Assembly (NCBI GenBank): GCA_965206595.1
Contig: OZ242214.1
Coordinates: 4,128,001-4,192,000 of the forward strand
Reading direction: 5' to 3'
Length of the DNA stretch: 64,000 nucleotides
Source: Candidatus Latescibacterota bacterium
GTDB taxonomy: Bacteria > Latescibacterota > UBA2968 > UBA8231
Position numbers and translations under genes: made by a program. Positions 59,643 to 64,000 of the stretch are shown here, in pieces (within the stretch, counting starts at the first letter, position 1; each line of letters starts with the position of its first letter). The notes beneath the pieces were generated by a model. The model was not told the DNA's origin and searched no databases. It saw nothing but the letters and a program-made list of their open reading frames with translations.

Positions 59643-62525
59643 TCAGTAGCGCGACCCGAGGCCGGCCTGGATGCTGATGAAGGTCAGGGCGTTGGTGTCG
59701 ATTCCGTGGTCATCCCCGAACTGCTCGATCCTCCTCCTGTCGACGCGCAGTCCCACCTGCATCATCAGGCTGTACCCGGCATAGGGAGCGGTGTTCGACA
59801 GCTGCACGCCAAGAGAGGTCTCGTCGAAATCCCCTGTGGGGGCCCCGTCGGCGGGACCCTCGACAGGATCCTCGTCGGCGAGGAGGTCGCGGAAAATGAA
59901 CCGCTCGAAGCCGATCTCGATCCTCGAACGCTTCATGAAGGGGATCCTCGCCATCAGCGAAACCAGTCCGCTCCAGTCGCGGCGTTCGGCCCCGGGAACG
60001 CCGACAAAGCGTTCGACGAGATAGGGGGTGTCATCCATGTAGAGTTCCTGCTTCAGGCGAGGACGCAGGTCGATGCGCCCTATCTCGACGGGGCGCTCGG
60101 CCTTGGCGACGAGACCGAAGCGGCGCGTCGTCCGCTCAACCGGCCCACCGCTGCGGTCGAGGGCGTCCTTGTTCCGCTGCCGCAGCAGCAGCCACGTCAT
60201 CTTGGTCTCGGCGTTCCAACTGGTGTTCCGCAGCCGTTCGAGACCCAGCCACAGCCGGTTGACGATCGCGTTCCGCATGCCGAGGGGATCGGCGATCTGC
60301 TGCATGAGTCCCGGCGACAGCGACGCCGTTCCCAGCACCGGCCGCCGCTGCACCCACTGGATCAGATCGTCGGGGATGTCGTCCCTGGCCACCTTGAACA
60401 GGTCGTAGAGGGTGACGGTGCCGAGCATGGGAAAGCTCTGTTCGAATGCCAGCAGCCCGTAGGCGGTGCGATTGCGCTCACCCGTCGACAGCCGGCGCAC
60501 ACGCTCGATGCCGGCGGTGAATCTCGCCTCGGGGATGATCGCGGTCCCGAGGTAGGTGTTGAACCCTCGGTGGCCGCGCTTGTACGGATAGTCCGGCTCG
60601 TCGTCGTTCTCGAAGCGGTCGCCCCAGCCGTTGTTGTTGAGGTCGAGGGCGAACAGGTACTCGGGCCGGTCGACGCTGTAGCGCAGGAACGGCTCCTCGT
60701 AGTCGGGGATGAAGTTCGGCCGGATCGGCAGGTGGTTCTGGTTGAAGTCCGGAATGAAATCGTTGTTCTCGTCGAGTCCCGGGAACACCGCCTCGTCGAT
60801 AGCGCCGAGAAGGGGCTGCGCGCCAGGGGGGCGCTCCTCCCCTACGCGGCCGTCGTCGAAACGGCGTTGCTGGTCGTTCTTGCGGTCGTTGTCGTCGTTG
60901 TCGTCGACGAAGTCGTAAACATGGCGCCCCCGCGCCTCTTCGGTATCTGCGTAGTTGACCTTGCCGAAGGTGTCGACGAAACGGGGGCTGGTGTCGTACT
61001 CGGCGTCCATTCCGAACGCCTCGGCGAAGAAATCGAAGGGGTGGAAGGACCTGCTGAGGTTGGCCATCCACCCCACCGCGGCGCGCTTTCCCTTGATCCC
61101 CGAGGTGGTGGAGTGCTTCTCATGCCGGCGGTTGGGATACTGGATGAACCGGTGGTTGACGTTCGCTTCCGCGTAGGCCCTGAAACCGGCGATGTCGTCG
61201 GCTTGCAGGGTCGCTCCGAACACCTGGGTCGCAGTCGGCAACCCGTAGTCGAACACGACCGTGCGGCGGTTGGAGTTGTCCGTGACGTTCCCTTCGGCCC
61301 GGGCAACGGTGCGGAACTGAGGGGTGGCTCCGCGCGGATCGTTGTCGGTCTGGATGTCCGAGGTCATCTCGACCTTGTAGTCGTTGCTCAGGATCATGCG
61401 CAGGCGCACCGCGTGGATGCTCTCCACCAGCTCGGCGTCGGGGATCAGCTCCTCGAGATCCGGTACGTCGGGATTCTGGTCGGAGAAGACGTACTCGATC
61501 AGGATGCGGCCGTCCTCGCCGCGGCCCTCGGCAACCCGGAAGCCGTCACGCACGACGCCCCCCTCAATGGTCGGGAGAAAGCCGATTTCGCTGCCGACCA
61601 GAACGGTGTCGATATCCCCCGACTTCGCCGCGATCTCGATGTCGGTGGAAAAGAGGATGGGGCCGTTCTCGAAGTCCCCCGGAGAATCATCGGAAATCCG
61701 CAGGATGATGCGGTTTATCCGGCTCTCGAGCTGTCCGGTGGTCAGGCTGCCGGCGAACGGGTTCTGCTGAAACCGCTCCGAGGTGATGCGGCCGTTGTGG
61801 GCGTTGACGAAGGTGCCGCCTATGCGCACCCCGTCGCCGACCGTAAGCTCCGTCCGTCCTCCTATCAAGTTGGTGAAGTTGTTGACGAAGGAGGGAGTGG
61901 CGGCCTGCCCTCCGCCGATCACGGGGGTGTTGATTCTCGACATGATCACCGTGGCGGCAACCCGGTCCGAGGCGTAATCGGCCATGATCCCGTTGAAGCG
62001 GGTCTTGCGGAAGGTCATCGGGGTCAGGGTCGCCCGCAGTTCGTTTCCGATCGCTATGGAGATGTGGTGCTGCCCCTTGGCGTCGCGGCCGAGAACGAGG
62101 TTGCCGAACATCGAGCCGTACTGTCCGGTCTTGAATATTCCCGAACCGTTGGAGACGGCGGGCTGGACCTGCCGCCAGTCGTATACCAGCCAACCCCTGG
62201 TCAGGAAGCGGCCGTACAGGTCATAGAAGTAGGCCCCCTCGAGCTGGGGGCTGAGATAGCGGAGATAGCGTTCGCGGGCGTAGTTGGTGTACTCCCACTG
62301 GCGGTAGTACTGGCTCGACAGCTCCTGGGGCAGGTGCCACTTCTGCAGCGAGGGGGAGATCGCCTCCATGCGCAGGGGAGTGCCGCTGCTGAAGTAGACG
62401 GTGCGCCCCTCTTCGCGGCGCCCCAGGCGGCTGCCGTAATCCTCCTGGGCAGCCACGCCGGCGGCTGCCAGGACGGCGGCGGCGATGGCCGCCCGCCTCA
62501 TCGCGGCATTCTTCATCGGCGCCAT
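59643..62525 (-). CDS. Large exported or outer-membrane hypothetical protein with Asp/Asn-rich Ca-binding-like motifs
   Basis: Signal peptide (..GVAA|QED); DDNDDNDR, DENNDFIPDFNQN and DLNNNGWGDRFEND; beta-strand-like C-terminal half. Confidence 0.75.
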   Translation of the reverse strand: MAPMKNAAMRRAAIAAAVLAAAGVAAQEDYGSRLGRREEGRTVYFSSGTPLRMEAISPSLQKWHLPQELSSQYYRQWEYTNYARERYLRYLSPQLEGAYFYDLYGRFLTRGWLVYDWRQVQPAVSNGSGIFKTGQYGSMFGNLVLGRDAKGQHHISIAIGNELRATLTPMTFRKTRFNGIMADYASDRVAATVIMSRINTPVIGGGQAATPSFVNNFTNLIGGRTELTVGDGVRIGGTFVNAHNGRITSERFQQNPFAGSLTTGQLESRINRIILRISDDSPGDFENGPILFSTDIEIAAKSGDIDTVLVGSEIGFLPTIEGGVVRDGFRVAEGRGEDGRILIEYVFSDQNPDVPDLEELIPDAELVESIHAVRLRMILSNDYKVEMTSDIQTDNDPRGATPQFRTVARAEGNVTDNSNRRTVVFDYGLPTATQVFGATLQADDIAGFRAYAEANVNHRFIQYPNRRHEKHSTTSGIKGKRAAVGWMANLSRSFHPFDFFAEAFGMDAEYDTSPRFVDTFGKVNYADTEEARGRHVYDFVDDNDDNDRKNDQQRRFDDGRVGEERPPGAQPLLGAIDEAVFPGLDENNDFIPDFNQNHLPIRPNFIPDYEEPFLRYSVDRPEYLFALDLNNNGWGDRFENDDEPDYPYKRGHRGFNTYLGTAIIPEARFTAGIERVRRLSTGERNRTAYGLLAFEQSFPMLGTVTLYDLFKVARDDIPDDLIQWVQRRPVLGTASLSPGLMQQIADPLGMRNAIVNRLWLGLERLRNTSWNAETKMTWLLLRQRNKDALDRSGGPVERTTRRFGLVAKAERPVEIGRIDLRPRLKQELYMDDTPYLVERFVGVPGAERRDWSGLVSLMARIPFMKRSRIEIGFERFIFRDLLADEDPVEGPADGAPTGDFDETSLGVQLSNTAPYAGYSLMMQVGLRVDRRRIEQFGDDHGIDTNALTFISIQAGLGSRY

Positions 62526-62541
62526 TGCCCTCTCGTCCCCG

Positions 62542-64000
62542 TCATTGCAGACCTGCGTACACCGTAATGAAGCTGGTCGTGAACGCCTTGACGTCCGTGT
62601 CTCTCTCGAGCCCTTCGTCGCCGAGAACGATCTGCTCCTCCCAGGTGCGGATGTAGCTGAGCCCGAACTGCGTGGTCAGCCGGTAGCCGAGATAGGATCC
62701 GGTGGTCGACCACTGCAGGGCGAGCACCAGGTTCTGCTCGTCCTCGGTGGCCCCGGTGGGACCGTCTGCGAGCAGCTCGTCTTCACCCCGCTCCAGCTCT
62801 CGGAAGAGGACGAACTCCGCCCCGGTTTCAATCAACGAGTTGCGCAGCATGGGCTGGCGGAGGAGGACGATACCGGTTCCCGCCCATTCCTTGCGCCCCT
62901 CCTCGCGGATTGTGAACGGGGTCCGCTGCAGGAACTGGCTCTTGATCTTCGGCTGTACTGTGATGTCGCCGAGCCGCAAGGTGTAGTCCGCCTTGTTGAT
63001 TATGCCGAAGAGGCGGGTGCTCTCCTCGAGGACGGGTCCCTGCTGGCGGATCCTGTAGGCGTCCCCCTGCTGCGAGTAGAACTCGAACTTGAACTTGTTG
63101 ACGAAGTTGAGCCTGTCGGAAGGCTGGTAGTCGAGCTGCAGGTAGGAGGAGGAGATCCAGGTGTCCCTGGCCGGCAGGATGTCCTGGACGATCGTCAGCG
63201 AGGTGGTCTCCAGGTGCGGGGTCATCTCGAAGCGGTCGTCGGGTATGTTGTCCTTGACCCGTTTCACCATCTCGAAGGCCCGAACCCTGGCACCGGGATA
63301 GGTGCGGTCGAAGGTGAACAGTCCGTAGGTGGCGCGGTTGCGGCGCTCCGAGGAGATGCTCTCCACCTGCAGGCGCCCCAAGGTCAGCTTGGCTTCAGGT
63401 CCGAGGAAGGAGCCCCCGTAGAGGTTGAATCCCCGCTGGTCGGTCCGGTAGGGCAGGTCGGCGCGATCGTCGTTCTCGAAGCGGTCGATCCAGTTGTTGT
63501 TGTTGAGGTCGATCCCGAACAGGAACTCCGGCCGGTCGGCGTGGTAGCGGAAAAACGGCTCGTCGTAGTCCGGCAGGCGGTTGTTCTTATTGACGTTGTC
63601 GTTCTGGTTGAAATCGGAGACGAAATCGTTGTTCTCGTCCCAGCCGGGGAAGTTGTGGGGATCCCCCGCCCCCTGGCTGAAGCGCGCCCAGTCCGGGTTG
63701 CGGTCATAGTCGTCGTTGTCGTCGACGAACTCGTAGATGTGGTTGCGCTGGTCGTCGTACTTGATCTCGCCGAGAGCGTCGACAAGGTACCCCTGCGTCG
63801 AGTATTCCGGGTCGAGATCGAAAGCCTCTCCGAAAAGGAAGTACGGGTAGGCCTTGCGGGAGAGGTTGACCATCCACGCCTGGGCGTCGCTGGCGTCGGT
63901 CGCGAACGACCGGTCGGCGTCGGCGCGGGTGGGATTCGGGTACATCCGGTAGGAGCGGCTGAGATCGAGCTCGGCGTAGGCCTCGAAGCCCCAGACCTCG
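62542..64000 (-). CDS. Paralogue of 59643-62525; 3' part only, 5' end lies beyond the window
   Basis: Shared YEFVDDNDD.DR, FPG.DENNDF..DFNQN and PDY.EPF.RY..DRPE.LF..DLNNN.W.DRFENDD..D.PY motifs. Confidence 0.8.
   Translation of the reverse strand, partial: EVWGFEAYAELDLSRSYRMYPNPTRADADRSFATDASDAQAWMVNLSRKAYPYFLFGEAFDLDPEYSTQGYLVDALGEIKYDDQRNHIYEFVDDNDDYDRNPDWARFSQGAGDPHNFPGWDENNDFVSDFNQNDNVNKNNRLPDYDEPFFRYHADRPEFLFGIDLNNNNWIDRFENDDRADLPYRTDQRGFNLYGGSFLGPEAKLTLGRLQVESISSERRNRATYGLFTFDRTYPGARVRAFEMVKRVKDNIPDDRFEMTPHLETTSLTIVQDILPARDTWISSSYLQLDYQPSDRLNFVNKFKFEFYSQQGDAYRIRQQGPVLEESTRLFGIINKADYTLRLGDITVQPKIKSQFLQRTPFTIREEGRKEWAGTGIVLLRQPMLRNSLIETGAEFVLFRELERGEDELLADGPTGATEDEQNLVLALQWSTTGSYLGYRLTTQFGLSYIRTWEEQIVLGDEGLERDTDVKAFTTSFITVYAGLQ

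Noticed and set aside
59550-62567. 1005-aa plus-strand ORF and other long antisense ORFs (e.g. 56006-58186, 51982-53889, 23602-25551, 7768-9615)
   Set aside because: These are shadow ORFs opposite motif-bearing genes, expected in high-GC DNA, and have no recognisable domains.

Overview
GC-rich, densely coding bacterial window with about 60 CDS. I saw no rRNA, tRNA or CRISPR array. It is dominated by catabolic paralogue families: eight PhyH-type Fe(II)/2-oxoglutarate dioxygenases, three BNR/sialidase-fold proteins, Gfo/Idh/MocA, SDR, AKR and epimerase oxidoreductases, and amidohydrolases. It also holds HEAT, pentapeptide and FG-GAP repeat proteins and two paralogous giant Asp/Asn-rich envelope proteins. 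This repertoire resembles sponge-associated Poribacteria/Latescibacterota-type genomes (inference only). Highlights: (1) a probable selenoprotein missed by the ORF track (43552-44436), an exported redoxin with an in-frame TGA in a U-P-Y-C motif, a SECIS-like hairpin and a FlgD/T9SS-like tail; it ends an operon with a pentapeptide lipoprotein and a TlpA-type CxxC protein and lies near a DUF6029-like outer-membrane protein with a C-terminal CxxxxC; (2) an archaeal-type pantoate kinase plus phosphopantothenate synthetase pair behind a ComA (phosphosulfolactate synthase) gene and followed by two fold-type II PLP enzymes; (3) three PhyH paralogues that lack the HxD aspartate and co-vary with a new ExxxH motif; (4) two copies of a MITE, a second intergenic repeat, a 23-bp tandem array, an IS4 relic and several gene remnants. 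All family calls come from motif recognition, not database searches.
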